Shown: positions 63,736-64,000 of the stretch, piece by piece | How the letters are laid out: each line of letters starts with the position of its first letter | Position numbering within the stretch: the stretch's first letter is position 1 | NCBI GenBank assembly: GCA_050273025.1 | Contig: CP158635.1 | Location: 496,001-560,000 of the forward strand | Reading direction: 5' to 3' | Source: Cenococcum geophilum | Lineage: Eukaryota | DNA length: 64,000 nucleotides | Translations under genes and position numbers: made by a program | The notes under the pieces: model-generated | What the model was told of the DNA's origin: nothing | The model's input: the letters and a program-made list of their open reading frames with translations, nothing else | Database searches by the model: none

Positions 63736-64000
63736 GTGGGTGGAGTAGGGCTTGGTGCTCGTGAGAGATAAGGGGTGGATTTGTATTGGAAACAATTGGG
63801 GATTTGATGGTTTAGTGAGTTGCTGAACTATATCTCGTGTTTACTATATTAGTGACCTATGTTTTATATTTCGGCAAATGACAGCTATGTCCCCTAAAAT
63901 ATTAATTCCGACCCGTATGTCATCTATATTAATTTTTAGGACCGCCATGCCACCCTAAACCTCTACGTGTTATCACATGTTACTGATGGTGACGCAACCA

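Noticed and set aside
58606..63795. Minus-strand and alternative-frame ORFs over the gene region
   Set aside because: Shadow ORFs of the + strand spliced gene; no recognisable motifs.

Overview
Filamentous-ascomycete (Pezizomycotina-type) DNA. Bases 1 to about 58,300 are an AT-rich block of nested, RIP-mutated transposons: TpA is enriched, CpA/TpG depleted, and protein motifs are recognisable only after reversing C>T/G>A changes. I resolved it by hand from LTRs, TIRs and target-site duplications (TSDs). It holds five Gypsy-type LTR elements plus a solo LTR, two inverted Mutator (MULE) copies forming an ~8 kb palindrome, and three Academ-like elements (one complete AcademH with RecQ helicase and DUF6589 transposase). 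It also holds two CACTA-like non-autonomous elements, a TA-TSD TIR element carrying a non-transposase ORF, and three non-LTR retro-insertions; a pogo/Fot1-type MITE sits at its edge. Most long ORFs in the track for this block are artefacts of a 12-bp minisatellite. The only intact gene (58953-63735, +, 13 predicted exons, ~1374 aa) encodes a SesB-like alpha/beta-hydrolase, an uncharacterised split domain, an embedded 76-aa ubiquitin (LRLRGG intact; K11R, K48R, K63R), a second UBL and a C-terminal RING finger. All family assignments are from motif recognition; no searches were run.
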